A program made the translations under genes and the position numbers. Under the pieces are notes generated by a model. The model made no database searches, was not told where the DNA came from, and saw nothing but the letters and a program-made list of their open reading frames with translations. DNA of 64,000 bases. Origin: a virus. Location: positions 25,593 to 89,592 of IMG/VR virus record IMGVR_UViG_3300017917_001434. One strand, 5' to 3'. Shown here piece after piece: positions 1 through 11,500 of this stretch. Each line of letters opens with the position of its first letter. Position 1 is the first letter of the stretch.

Positions 1-1
1 C

Positions 2-202
2 ACAGCAAAACAAGATGGCGTGGCAAATCCTAAGAACGTTAGTCAACATAATCTATCACGCCGCCCATACTCAGCACCGGTGGCTAATAAAGCAGATCAA
101 GCTGAAGACAGTGTAGACGATATGGTTGAATCTGAATCAGAAAAAACCTACAAAAAAATTCAACTACATAACTTAGGCCGTAGACCCTACGCTGAAAAAT
201 AA
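2..202 (+). CDS. small protein with two HNL-x-RRPY repeats, probably 5'-truncated by the window edge
   Basis: Frame is open from position 2; contains HNLSRRPYS and HNLGRRPYA. Confidence 0.6.
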   Translation, partial: TAKQDGVANPKNVSQHNLSRRPYSAPVANKADQAEDSVDDMVESESEKTYKKIQLHNLGRRPYAEK

Positions 203-205
203 CGG

Positions 206-234
206 TTGACCGATAAACTGTTATGTAGTACAAT
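206..234 (+). promoter_or_regulatory. sigma70-type promoter upstream of the tmRNA locus
   Basis: TTGACC-N17-TACAAT. Confidence 0.65.
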
Positions 235-251
235 TAGCAATAAATATTCAC

Positions 252-326
252 ATGAACGGTGAATATAGATTAAACAATTTAGGTGAATTGGAGGTGTATC
301 GTGAAGGTTATTGGCAACCAGCATAA
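252..326 (+). CDS. putative 24-aa leaderless late peptide MNGEYRLNNLGELEVYREGYWQPA
   Basis: TAAATA at 241-246 lies 5 nt before the ATG, the same geometry as other late genes; no SD. Confidence 0.35.
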   Translation: MNGEYRLNNLGELEVYREGYWQPA

Positions 327-374
327 CATATTTTGGTACCATAAACTTGGCTGTACCTGCCCAATTTGTAGTGT

Positions 375-458
375 ATGATTAAGTTTATTAAACGATTATT
401 TCAAGGTAAGGACTATGTAGGTTATAGACCTTATTGGTTTAAACAGCGTAAACACTAA
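375..458 (+). CDS. possible 27-aa basic peptide MIKFIKRLFQGKDYVGYRPYWFKQRKH
   Basis: Short ORF overlapping the 5' end of the tmRNA acceptor piece; no clear SD. Confidence 0.25.
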   Translation: MIKFIKRLFQGKDYVGYRPYWFKQRKH

Positions 459-503
459 GGTAAGGACTTCAAGACGGCGGTTCGATTCCGCCCAGGTCCA
501 CCA
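445..503 (+). ncRNA. ssrA: two-piece (permuted) tmRNA, acceptor piece
   Basis: GAC-GGCGG-TTCGATT-CCGCC T-arm, then CAGGTCC-A-CCA; ACTTCAA 466-472 pairs with TTGGGGT 640-646; the 5' boundary is approximate. Confidence 0.9.
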
Positions 504-514
504 AAAGGTATCTT

Positions 515-619
515 ATGGAATATATTTGGATAACAGTATTTGTTTCAATTCATATTTGGGCATTATTAAAATATGAATCAGATGAAAAAATAGACCAAAT
601 GTGGCAAGATAATTTTTGA
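515..619 (+). CDS. 34-aa ORF filling the tmRNA intervening segment (MEYIWITVFVSIHIWALLKYESDEKIDQMWQDNF)
   Basis: SD-like AAGGT at 505-509 right after the CCA; stop ends 1 nt before the tmRNA 5' end; hydrophobic N-half. Confidence 0.5.
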   Translation: MEYIWITVFVSIHIWALLKYESDEKIDQMWQDNF

Positions 620-620
620 T

Positions 621-835
621 GGGCCTGACCAGGTTTCGATTGGGGTAGATAGAATAAGTGCGCTCGAGAGTCGACTGACGTAATCAGCGAAAAACTAGTA
701 AATGCAAAAGCAAATACTTCTAACGTAGTCAAAGTATCTATGGGCCGTGGCTTCCGCTTCGGTACTCGTAATACTGAGGCTTTAGCAGCTTAGTACTGCC
801 GTTCGGGGCAGTTATGCCTTGTTACCCAAAATAAC
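621..835 (+). ncRNA. ssrA: two-piece (permuted) tmRNA, coding piece, with tag ORF 704-793 (AKANTSNVVKVSMGRGFRFGTRNTEALAA*)
   Basis: GGGCCTG pairs with CAGGTCC including the G3:U70 Ala determinant; D-loop analogue ACCAGGTTTCGA; GTAAAT|GCA resume context; tag ends LAA; pseudoknot GGGGC/GCCTT plus GTTAT/ATAAC at 805-835. Confidence 0.9.
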
Positions 836-857
836 CAAACCCGCTTCGGCGGGTTTG
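836..857 (+). terminator. terminator-like hairpin after tmRNA
   Basis: CAAACCCGC-TTCG-GCGGGTTTG. Confidence 0.7.
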
Positions 858-874
858 CTACCTTTATAAAGAGG

Positions 875-902
875 TTGACAAATACACTAAATCGTGTATA
901 AT
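875..902 (+). promoter_or_regulatory. sigma70-type promoter
   Basis: TTGACA-N16-TATAAT. Confidence 0.7.
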
Positions 903-975
903 TATAATTGTAGATGAAACATTCTACACTTTATTGACGGTGCATTGTGCATCATTTAACATAAGGAGAAGTAAT

Positions 976-2031
976 ATGGCTAAACGCCTCACACGTAAAC
1001 TTACGGACGTTGTCGCTGAAGTTGAACAACAACTTAAGGCACACTACAACGTAACTCAAAAAGAATTAGACAGTTGGCGCAAACGTGCTATGTCTAGCCC
1101 ACATCAATTCCCAGAAAGTAAAATGGTTGCTATTGAAGAGCTTTATATTGACTATGAAGTTCAACGTGATGTTTTACACAAACACATTATCAATATTATG
1201 AAGAAGTGGGATCCTCGTATTTGTAGTCCTGTTAGTGCTTGTCGTCTTACAGGCAAAGAGCACAGTGATACATATGATGGGCAACACAGAACTATCAGCG
1301 CCGCTATACTAGGCTATGTAGAAATTCCTGGTGCAGTTGTAAACACCGATGATCCAAACTTTGCTAGTTATGCGTTTGAACAGTTAAATGACACAGGTGT
1401 TAAACGTTTGAATCCAGGTGACCTACATCGTAACGCCTTGGTACGTTATAAGAATGGTAGCCGTGATATTAAAAACGTTCGTGCTCGCACTTTACAGGAT
1501 CAATTTGACGCACTGGAAATTGACCTACAAGATAAAAATGCACGTGGCAGTGATACCCTGTGTGGTGACAATGAGTATTTCTTTAGTCACTTTAAGTATG
1601 CTCAAAAAGGTGTAGAAATTGATGAGTCGGGCAAAGTTCTCTATAATATCCTAAAGGCAATTAGAGATACTTTCCCAAAACAAGAAGAAATTGATCAAGG
1701 TGTTTTTATTGGACTTTGGGAACTACAACGTTTAGCCAGTACTAATCCAAATGTTAAGTTGCCCGATGGTTGGATGGAATCTGTGCTTAAAACAATTAAG
1801 ACAGTTTTCAAAGGTTCGCACCTAGTACACTCTAAAGCCAAAATACAATGGGAACATAGTCATCCAGGTGCAGGCTGGACTGCTCCAACAGCAATGAGTA
1901 ACTTTATACGTGAAATTTATATGTATGCCGGTGGTGATATCAACTTGCCATATCATGGTGATGGTAGTAAGGTTGGTATTATTGATAACAATCCAGCACC
2001 AGGATTATTTCCTGAGAAAGTTGAGTCATAA
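976..2031 (+). CDS. ParB/Srx-fold (DUF262/DUF6551-like) protein
   Basis: YEVQR...YDGQHR motifs; start moved to ATG 976 behind AAGGAG. Confidence 0.65.
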   Translation: MAKRLTRKLTDVVAEVEQQLKAHYNVTQKELDSWRKRAMSSPHQFPESKMVAIEELYIDYEVQRDVLHKHIINIMKKWDPRICSPVSACRLTGKEHSDTYDGQHRTISAAILGYVEIPGAVVNTDDPNFASYAFEQLNDTGVKRLNPGDLHRNALVRYKNGSRDIKNVRARTLQDQFDALEIDLQDKNARGSDTLCGDNEYFFSHFKYAQKGVEIDESGKVLYNILKAIRDTFPKQEEIDQGVFIGLWELQRLASTNPNVKLPDGWMESVLKTIKTVFKGSHLVHSKAKIQWEHSHPGAGWTAPTAMSNFIREIYMYAGGDINLPYHGDGSKVGIIDNNPAPGLFPEKVES

Positions 2032-2588
2032 TGTTGCAAGAATCTTTAGAAAAGTTTATTGCACCAATCTATGGTAAAACACAGCGCAGTACTGATACTT
2101 ACAAAACTGTAGCAGCACACTGTTCTCGTCATATCCAGCGTTTAGTTGAAGAGTATTCACAGGTTGAAAACGATCAACAGTTGTTACGTGAAATACGTAA
2201 CGACATTGACTACTACCTACGTAGATATCACGAGTACTGTATTCAACAGCGTGATGGTATGAAAGCACACTACCACGAAGTTGGTGCCGATGAAGACTGT
2301 GACTTTGAGCATTTGATTCCAGCGGCACGTATTCGTGACCTACTGTTAGCTGATGCTATTACTGTAGAGCAGGCACTCAATGCTCCTACTGTACGTTTGA
2401 GTCGCAGTAAACATCACGCATTAAAAGACGCCGGCTGGGCTAGTAAGACACCAGACATGTGGAGACCATTCCGCCGTTACACTAACGTGTTTACAGCAGA
2501 ATATCAAACACACGATGGTACAGCAATAGACCCTGAAACCTGGACCTTGGAACAGCATTATAATTATTTTAAACATTTGGTTATCTAA
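2031..2588 (+). CDS. putative His-Me finger (HNH/DUF1524-like) nuclease
   Basis: DFEHLIPA motif; coupled to the upstream gene by TAATG overlap. Confidence 0.45.
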   Translation: MLQESLEKFIAPIYGKTQRSTDTYKTVAAHCSRHIQRLVEEYSQVENDQQLLREIRNDIDYYLRRYHEYCIQQRDGMKAHYHEVGADEDCDFEHLIPAARIRDLLLADAITVEQALNAPTVRLSRSKHHALKDAGWASKTPDMWRPFRRYTNVFTAEYQTHDGTAIDPETWTLEQHYNYFKHLVI

Positions 2589-2591
2589 TCG

Positions 2592-2649
2592 TTGACTAAA
2601 TAATTCTGCTAGCTTATACTATATTATTGAGTATAGGCTAGCAGTTTTT
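2592..2649 (+). promoter_or_regulatory. sigma70 promoter of groESL overlapping a terminator-like hairpin
   Basis: TTGACT-N17-TATACT (2592-2620); inverted repeat 2606-2620/2630-2644 followed by TTTTT. Confidence 0.65.
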
Positions 2650-2703
2650 CGTGCCTATCGGGCGAAATATAAAAATTTTATTTGCTTAACTAAGGAGTAA
2701 AAA

Positions 2704-2997
2704 ATGAAGTTAAATCCCATACATGACCGTGTGGTCATTCGACGTATCGAAGCCGATACACAATCTGCTGGGGGTATCATAATCCCAGATACAGCCACAG
2801 AAAAACCCGATCAAGGAATCGTCTTAGCAGTAGGACAAGGTCGCCGTACCGAAGATGGTGTACTGGTGCCTATGACTCTTAAAGTTGACGATCGAGTATT
2901 GTTTGGCAAGTTTGCAGGACAACAAGTTAAGATTCAAGGTGAAGAACTACTGATTCTTCGCGAAGAAGATATTTTTGCAGTAATTGAGGAGGTTTAA
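2704..2997 (+). CDS. groES: co-chaperonin GroES
   Basis: [17 protein letters not shown] mobile loop, LILREEDI. Confidence 0.97.
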   Translation: MKLNPIHDRVVIRRIEADTQSAGGIIIPDTATEKPDQGIVLAVGQGRRTEDGVLVPMTLKVDDRVLFGKFAGQQVKIQGEELLILREEDIFAVIEEV

Positions 2998-4623
<1,626 letters not shown>

Positions 4624-4652
4624 TTAACTACGTAGTTAATTCCATATCTTAC

Positions 4653-4682
4653 AATAGCAGGACTAAGTCCTGCTATTTTTTT
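4653..4682 (+). terminator. intrinsic terminator after groEL
   Basis: AATAGCAGGAC-TAA-GTCCTGCTATT followed by a T run. Confidence 0.8.
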
Positions 4683-4690
4683 GGCCTGCA

Positions 4691-4696
4691 TAAATA
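4691..4696 (+). promoter_or_regulatory. T4-like late promoter core
   Basis: TAAATA directly after the terminator and before the structural operon; the motif recurs before many late genes. Confidence 0.6.
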
Positions 4697-4725
4697 CAAT
4701 AAAGCTATTAGGGAGATATGGAACA

Positions 4726-5640
4726 ATGGCTAACAAAAACTTTGTAGTCCATAATGGACTTACAGTCGGCCTTTTAACAATCGACGCCACAACCGGCGAC
4801 ATCAATACCCCAGGTAACGTTAATATATCAGGTAGCGTTGGCGTAAGTCAAATTGCTAAGAATGATAGCAGTATTGCTATCAATGATAGCGGTCTAGGTT
4901 CATCTGTCGTAATTAAAATTGATAACAGTACAGAACACACAGTTGATGCTGATGGTGTAAATCTTGCCTCTGGTAACAGATTTGCTATTGCAGGTGTTGA
5001 AGTTTTAAATGGAACTGGACTTGGTAGTGCTGTAGTAAACAGCAGTTTGACCACAGTTGGTAATTTAACAGCATTAAGCGTAGCCGGCGATACTAATATA
5101 TACGGCAACCTAACAGTACAAGGGTTAAGTACACTAAATGGTGGTACATTAACCATTGGTGATGCAAACACTGACAATGTTGTATTTGGCGCAGAAATTA
5201 ACAGTAATGTAGTACCAAATACCGATAACGCCTACAGTTTAGGCAGTTCATCTCAAAAATGGGCTAACGTTATTGCAACAAATTTAACTGGCACGTTACA
5301 AACTGCAAGCCAAACAAACATCACTACAGTTGGTAATTTAACAGCATTAAGTGTAGCCGGTAGTGCTACCGTATTTGGTAATTTAACTGTACAAGGATTA
5401 AGCACACTAAACGGTGGTACATTAACCTTAGGTGATGCAAACACTGATAACGTTGTGTTTGGTGCAGATGTTAATAGTAATGTTCGACCAAACACAGATA
5501 ATACATACGGTTTAGGAACTGGTAGTAATCGTTGGGCAGATTTATATTCTGTCAAGGTTACTGCTAACGTGGTTACTATTGCTGGTGCAACAGCGGCCAC
5601 TACAGATGACGCAACAGCTTTAGCAATAGCATTAGGATAA
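4726..5640 (+). CDS. tail fibre-like structural protein with an internal duplication
   Basis: Two copies of TTVGNLTALSVAG...PNTDN; start moved to MANKNF. Confidence 0.65.
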   Translation: MANKNFVVHNGLTVGLLTIDATTGDINTPGNVNISGSVGVSQIAKNDSSIAINDSGLGSSVVIKIDNSTEHTVDADGVNLASGNRFAIAGVEVLNGTGLGSAVVNSSLTTVGNLTALSVAGDTNIYGNLTVQGLSTLNGGTLTIGDANTDNVVFGAEINSNVVPNTDNAYSLGSSSQKWANVIATNLTGTLQTASQTNITTVGNLTALSVAGSATVFGNLTVQGLSTLNGGTLTLGDANTDNVVFGADVNSNVRPNTDNTYGLGTGSNRWADLYSVKVTANVVTIAGATAATTDDATALAIALG

Positions 5641-5644
5641 TTAT

Positions 5645-5977
5645 ATGGCAAATACATTTTATAGAAAGTTAAGTGCAAACGTTGGTACAACATCAGAGGC
5701 AGTGGGTAGTTACACTGTAGGTGCAAGTACTACCACAGTGGTCGTGGGCCTAACAATATGTAACGTATCAGGTAGTACTATTAACGTTGACGTTTCATTG
5801 AATAATGGTTCAACTGATCACTACATTGTTAAAGGCGCTCCAGTCTCTGCTGGCGGTGCGTTGGTTCCAATCGGTGGCGAACAAAAAGTTATTATGACTA
5901 CAGGTGACAGTATCAAAGTAAAAAGTGATAGTGCAACGTCAGCTGATGTTATTTTGAGTATCATGGAGATAACATAA
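5645..5977 (+). CDS. small virion structural protein (paralog of the N-terminus of 63238..63888)
   Basis: MANTFxRK...VGSYTVGA...GGEQKVI...DVILSIME shared with the paralog. Confidence 0.6.
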   Translation: MANTFYRKLSANVGTTSEAVGSYTVGASTTTVVVGLTICNVSGSTINVDVSLNNGSTDHYIVKGAPVSAGGALVPIGGEQKVIMTTGDSIKVKSDSATSADVILSIMEIT

Positions 5978-5978
5978 T

Positions 5979-8153
5979 ATGGCATATATTGGTTTACAAC
6001 CTCAGACTAAAACGGTTGCTACCAGTACCCAGACACTAACAGGTAATGGCGTTGATCTTGAATACTCGCTTAATCGCGCAGTAAGTAAAGCTGCTGACAT
6101 TCTTGTATTTGTTGGTAATACTGTACAGGTACCCGAAAGCGATTATACAGCATTTGATAATACTCTGTTATTTGCATCAGGTAAAACACCTGCTAACGCC
6201 GCAGTAATTAGTATTAACTACAAAGCTGGTGCGTTAACCACTACATTTGTATCATCAAACAGCTATCCTGTGGGCACTACAGTTAACCCAAGTATTCGTT
6301 CAGTTGATGCTGCATCAACTGGTATTTACTTCCCTACTACAACTAGTGTAGGTATAACAGTAGCTGGTAATACTCGTCTTAAAGTAACTAACCAAGTTTC
6401 TGCAATTGACACAGCATCAGGTGCACTACAGGTAGTTGGTGGCGTTGGTATTAGTGATAACATGGTTGTTGGCGGTCCAGTGGCATTTGTAGACAGTAGC
6501 TCTTCAGGAGACACTACAACTGGGGCACTAACCGTAAACGGTGGTGTTGGTGTAGCAGAAAACTTAAACGTTGGCGGTGACTTAAATGTAGCCGGTGACT
6601 TTACAGTTGCTGGTCAATTTACCACAACAGGCGCAGACAGCTTGGCTGTTAACGACCCGTTCATTTTCTTAGCTAATGCTAACCCAGGCGATAACTTAGA
6701 TACTGGTTTTATTTCTAGTTATAACGATGGAAGCGATCAACGTTATACTGGTATTTTCCGCGATATCACAGATGGAAACTATAAATTATTTGATAATCTT
6801 TTAACCCAACCATCTACTGTAGTTGATACAGCTAACGTAAGTTACAGAGCCGCTAATCTGGTAGTTGGAAACATCATTGCTACTAACTTGTTTGGTACTG
6901 TGCAAGGTGCTACAACTATTACTACAGTGGGTAACTTATCTAGTTTAAGTGTCGCTGGTACAAGTAGTTTATACAATATCACCTACATTTATAGTACACA
7001 GGCTGCTAGTTCCACAACCACTGGCGCACTGCAAGTTAGTGGAGGTGTCGGTATTAGTGGTAATGTGTTTACTGGTGGTATTGTTGATATCTCCAGCACT
7101 GCCGCAAGTACAAGTACATCAACTGGCGCACTGATTGTTGATGGTGGTGCCGGTATTGCTGGTAACTTAAATGTCGGCGATAGATTAATCATCGGCGATA
7201 CTACTCCTCTAGCTGGTGTAACTACAACAGGTCAAATTATTACCAGCACTGTCACTGCTGCTACCCCTGTACTAAGCCTAAGAGTATCATCTTCGGCTGG
7301 TAATCCAATTTTTGGACAATTTACTTCATCCGGCACACCATCGGCGCCTACTATTGTAGCAGACGGCAGGGGTCTTGGGCGTAATAACTGGTACGGCTAT
7401 GATGGCTCTAATTATATAATCGCAGCATCTATGATAGTATCTGTTGATGGTACTCCAGGACTTAACGACATGCCCGGTCGTATAACATTCGCTACCACAG
7501 CAGATGGCGCATCTAGTCCTACAGAACGTGTGCGTATTAACAATGCAGGTAACGTAGGTATTGGTAATACAAATCCCCTGCATACCCTATCAGTGGGGGG
7601 AGACTTGTTTGGTGTTAATATAACGTCCACTGCAAACGTTGTAGTAGCTCATCAATTAAGAGTAAATAGCAGTAACTTTGCTACAGCGATAGTCAATAGC
7701 GGCACAGCCGGAGTAGGCAACATTGGTGCTAGCGGTCAAGGATTCAACACTGTATTTGCTCGTGCTACATCAGCACAGTACGCTGACGTTGCTGAGAGAT
7801 ATTTAGCAGATGCTGACTATGCTCCTGGTACAGTTTTACACTTTGGCGGATCTGCTGAAGTAAGTCAATGTAATGTGGATCACTGCTCACGTATTGCTGG
7901 TGTTGTTTCTACTAATCCAGCTTATATCATGAACGACAGTTTAACCGGTGAGCATGTAGTCGATCTAGCCTTGCTAGGTCGTGTACCTTGTCAAGTGCAA
8001 GGTCCAGTACGTCGTGGCGACATGATGGTATCGGCAGGCAACGGCCGAGCACGTGCCGAAGCTAATCCACGTTTAGGTGCTGTAATTGGTAAAGCATTAC
8101 AAGACTTTGATGGCACAGAAGGTGTTATTGAAGTAGTAGTTGGAAGAGTCTAG
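5979..8153 (+). CDS. tail fibre protein with C-terminal intramolecular-chaperone-like domain
   Basis: STxTGALxVxGGxGI repeats; ATSAQYADVAERY...VVVGRV C-terminal domain. Confidence 0.75.
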   Translation: MAYIGLQPQTKTVATSTQTLTGNGVDLEYSLNRAVSKAADILVFVGNTVQVPESDYTAFDNTLLFASGKTPANAAVISINYKAGALTTTFVSSNSYPVGTTVNPSIRSVDAASTGIYFPTTTSVGITVAGNTRLKVTNQVSAIDTASGALQVVGGVGISDNMVVGGPVAFVDSSSSGDTTTGALTVNGGVGVAENLNVGGDLNVAGDFTVAGQFTTTGADSLAVNDPFIFLANANPGDNLDTGFISSYNDGSDQRYTGIFRDITDGNYKLFDNLLTQPSTVVDTANVSYRAANLVVGNIIATNLFGTVQGATTITTVGNLSSLSVAGTSSLYNITYIYSTQAASSTTTGALQVSGGVGISGNVFTGGIVDISSTAASTSTSTGALIVDGGAGIAGNLNVGDRLIIGDTTPLAGVTTTGQIITSTVTAATPVLSLRVSSSAGNPIFGQFTSSGTPSAPTIVADGRGLGRNNWYGYDGSNYIIAASMIVSVDGTPGLNDMPGRITFATTADGASSPTERVRINNAGNVGIGNTNPLHTLSVGGDLFGVNITSTANVVVAHQLRVNSSNFATAIVNSGTAGVGNIGASGQGFNTVFARATSAQYADVAERYLADADYAPGTVLHFGGSAEVSQCNVDHCSRIAGVVSTNPAYIMNDSLTGEHVVDLALLGRVPCQVQGPVRRGDMMVSAGNGRARAEANPRLGAVIGKALQDFDGTEGVIEVVVGRV

Positions 8154-8161
8154 GAGAACGT

Positions 8162-8566
8162 ATGGCTTATTTAGGTAAATCCCCAGTAGCGGGTAATTTT
8201 GTTAAACTTGATGACATCAGCACGCAGTTTGATGGTAATACTAGCGTGTTTAACACGTTAGTATCAGGAACCGCTTATACTGTAAGCAATCCTTTTGCTA
8301 CACTGGTAGTTGCTGGTGGTAATGTTCTAGAACCAGAAGTGGATTACAACTTTAACAATGACACAATCACATTTAGCACAGCACCTACAAGTGCTTGGTT
8401 AAATAATTTTCATGTAATAGCATACGGAGATGTACTAGACACTGGTATTCCTAGTGATGGTACAATTACAAATGCTAAAGTAACTAATGGTACGCTATCG
8501 TACAGTAAATTCTCAGCAGTTTTGAAGGCAAGACTGTTGGCTAACTCTATTATTTTCGGGGCATAA
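8162..8566 (+). CDS. small baseplate/tail-associated protein
   Basis: MAYLG, LDDISTQFDG, ITFSTAP motifs typical of myophage structural proteins. Confidence 0.55.
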   Translation: MAYLGKSPVAGNFVKLDDISTQFDGNTSVFNTLVSGTAYTVSNPFATLVVAGGNVLEPEVDYNFNNDTITFSTAPTSAWLNNFHVIAYGDVLDTGIPSDGTITNAKVTNGTLSYSKFSAVLKARLLANSIIFGA

Positions 8567-8567
8567 A

Positions 8568-11500
8568 ATGGCAAGACAACAACAGAAAGATTATAAATTT
8601 ACACCTGGCGGTGCTGGTGTAGGTACTGTTAAGATCCCAGGCAACTATGAGATCGCAGATATTTTAACGATCTTAAATGCTACAGATCAAACATTTATCT
8701 ATAACTTTGCTGATCCAGATCTGGGTGCTTCAGTAACATTTAGCAAAGAATACGACAGCGATTTTCCGCAGGCACAGGATGGTGTAACTACAATTACACT
8801 GGTGACCAGCACCAGTTCAATGAATGCCAGCGATAGTCTTGCTATTTACATTGAAACTGAATCGCAATACATTCGTCCTTGGCCGTTTGGCACTGATGCT
8901 GTTGAACGTATGCGTACATCAAATCCACAGTCACTAATTGACGCTGACTTTGAATACGGTTTACAAAATACCAAATGGCAATCATTGTCATTGAACAATG
9001 ACATTCCAAGTTTGTACGAATTGCCTGGCAGTGAACTAACTATTAATACTTCAGGATATGCTACATTCATTGGCGCAAATACAATCGCTAGCAATTCAGA
9101 TACCAGTATTGAAGTTACTAACCAGTCCGGAACAGCAACACCAAACTGGGCTACAGATGACTATGCTCTTGTAGTTAACCCATACGTGGCTAATCCTCCA
9201 CCGACAACATATATTACAGCTAACGTAGTTAACAGTAACCAACGTGCTATTACAGTGGCTAATGCGCAACCATACAGTGCCAATGATGAATTAATTATGG
9301 TACAGTTGCCTGGTACAAATACAACTACAGTGGCCACAGGTATTACCAGTGGTGCTACTACTTCTTTAGTGTTAACTAGTGGAGCTGGCTTTGCTATTGA
9401 CCAACAAATTTTAGTACAGACTAACACTACCAATCTTTGGGAATTGATGACCGTAACTAATGTAGCAACAAATACTCTAACAGTTGTGCGTCGTAGATTA
9501 AACACTAACAGCGGTAACGTAAACATTGACGCAGGTCGAGGTGTACGTATTGTCAGCAACGTTGAAATTGCTCAGGTCGTTACAGTTGACAGCGCAACAC
9601 AATTTAGTTTGAACCGTGGTTGGATGAATACTACCCCAGTTAAAAACATGTTAGCTGGTAGTGTAATACAAAAACTTAACAAAGATCCAGGTACAGCCAG
9701 TGGTGCTAACGTTGAAATTATTAAACTTACCACAATTGGAACTGGTACTGGTAACTTAGCTACTATTGCTCGTGGACAAGTGGGTACTACCGCAATTAGC
9801 GCAGCACCAGAAGGCAGTCCAATTATTCGTTTAACAGGATTATTCCAAGCAGGCAATAGTGAAGTTCCACTAGTAGGTGCTTATATCACTGACAACGGGC
9901 ATACAGCCAATAACTTTATCAGTACAGCACAGCACAATAACAGTAACACTGAAGGTTTATATCAAATTTACCAAGCTGATACAAATTACATATTCTGGTA
10001 TCCACGTAGATTGACAGGTCTACAACTTGGTTATCCTCTAAACAAATTTGACACTCAGTTACGTAAAGCAGAAACCTACACTGGTGCACTGATTCCTGTA
10101 AGCTCAATTAGCAGTGATGGCTTAAATCCAAGCACAATTACAGTTACTACACCTTATGCTCACGGTCTAAGTCCAGGTACACCATTAATTGTTGACATTA
10201 CCAGTGCAGCAGGTAACTTAACCTATGGTGAAGGTTCATTTACTACACTAAGTATTCCTTCAACAACAACATTTACATACCAAGCCAAGACTGGACGTCC
10301 AGTAACTGGTAGTATCACTGCTAACGTGTATGTACGTCCAAGTGCGTTCTTTGTACACAGACCGTTTGACGGCGGTGTGTTAATTGGATCAGGAACTCCA
10401 CACCGTGGCGCTATGGCAGCACGCCAAAGTAAGAAATACTTCCGTTACCAATCTGGTAAGGGTCTAGTATGGACAAGTGGTACATTATTAAGTACAAACT
10501 TTGACGTAGCTAACGTAAGTGCTACAGGTACAGCAGTAAGTGGTAATACTATTAGCATCACTACAGAAGTTGAACACTATCTACAAATTGGTGCAAACGT
10601 AAAATTAAGCGGTGTGACCACTAGCGGCTACAACGGCTTCTACCGTGTGGCAGGTATTACCGGCGATAGCACATTTACAGTAGGATTAAACGGTACATTA
10701 GGTAATGTTACTCCAGTGCTAGACACACAACCAAAACTTAACCTAATGGGTTGGCACGGTGGTGCTGTACGTGCTGGTATTTTTGATGAACAAAACGGTG
10801 CGTTCTGGGAAAACAACGGTACTAACATTAACGTAGTACTACGTTCAGCAACGTTCCAATTGGCAGGTACATTAAACATGGAAACTGACAGTAACTATGT
10901 AACCGGCGACGGTAACTGTCGTTTCTTGGAACAATTAAAAATGTACGATCGCATTGTAGTTCGTGGTATGAGTCACACTGTGACCAGTATCATTGATAAC
11001 AATACAATGACTGTGAGTCCGCCATGGCGTGGCATACGTAATCAAACACGTGTTAAAGCAAGTCGTGTTATTGACCGTCGTGTTCCACAGAGTGAATTTA
11101 ATATTGATCGAGTAGATGGCACAGGTCCAAGTGGTTATGTGTTAGATGCAAGTAAGATGCAGATGTTGTTAATTCAGTACACATGGTACGGTGCCGGTTT
11201 CGTTGACTTTGGCCTACGTGGCCCATTGGGCAATTACATTATGTGTCATCGTTTCCAAAACAATAACGTGAACGACGAAGCATACTTCCGCTCAGGTAAC
11301 TTACCAGTACGTTATTCAGCTAACAATGAAGGTCCTACAGCTAAACTAGCTAATGCTATTACTGCCGGTGATACAGTGTTATATGTTGATAATGATAAAC
11401 AATTCCCGCAGGCAAACGTAGCCTACCCATTCTATGTACAAGTAGACAACGAAGTTATTAAGGTAAGTGGCCATACTCCTGGTACTAAGCAGTTTACTAA

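Noticed and set aside
473-503. Stand-alone tRNA or attachment-site remnant
   Set aside because: There is no anticodon or D arm upstream and no integrase; it pairs exactly with 621-627, so it is the tmRNA acceptor piece.
550-732. 60-aa minus-strand ORF
   Set aside because: Antisense to the tmRNA, with no supporting SD or motif.
2606-2644. CIRCE/HrcA operator before groES
   Set aside because: The inverted repeat has a 9-nt spacer but the arms do not match TTAGCACTC/GAGTGCTAA; a terminator explains it better.
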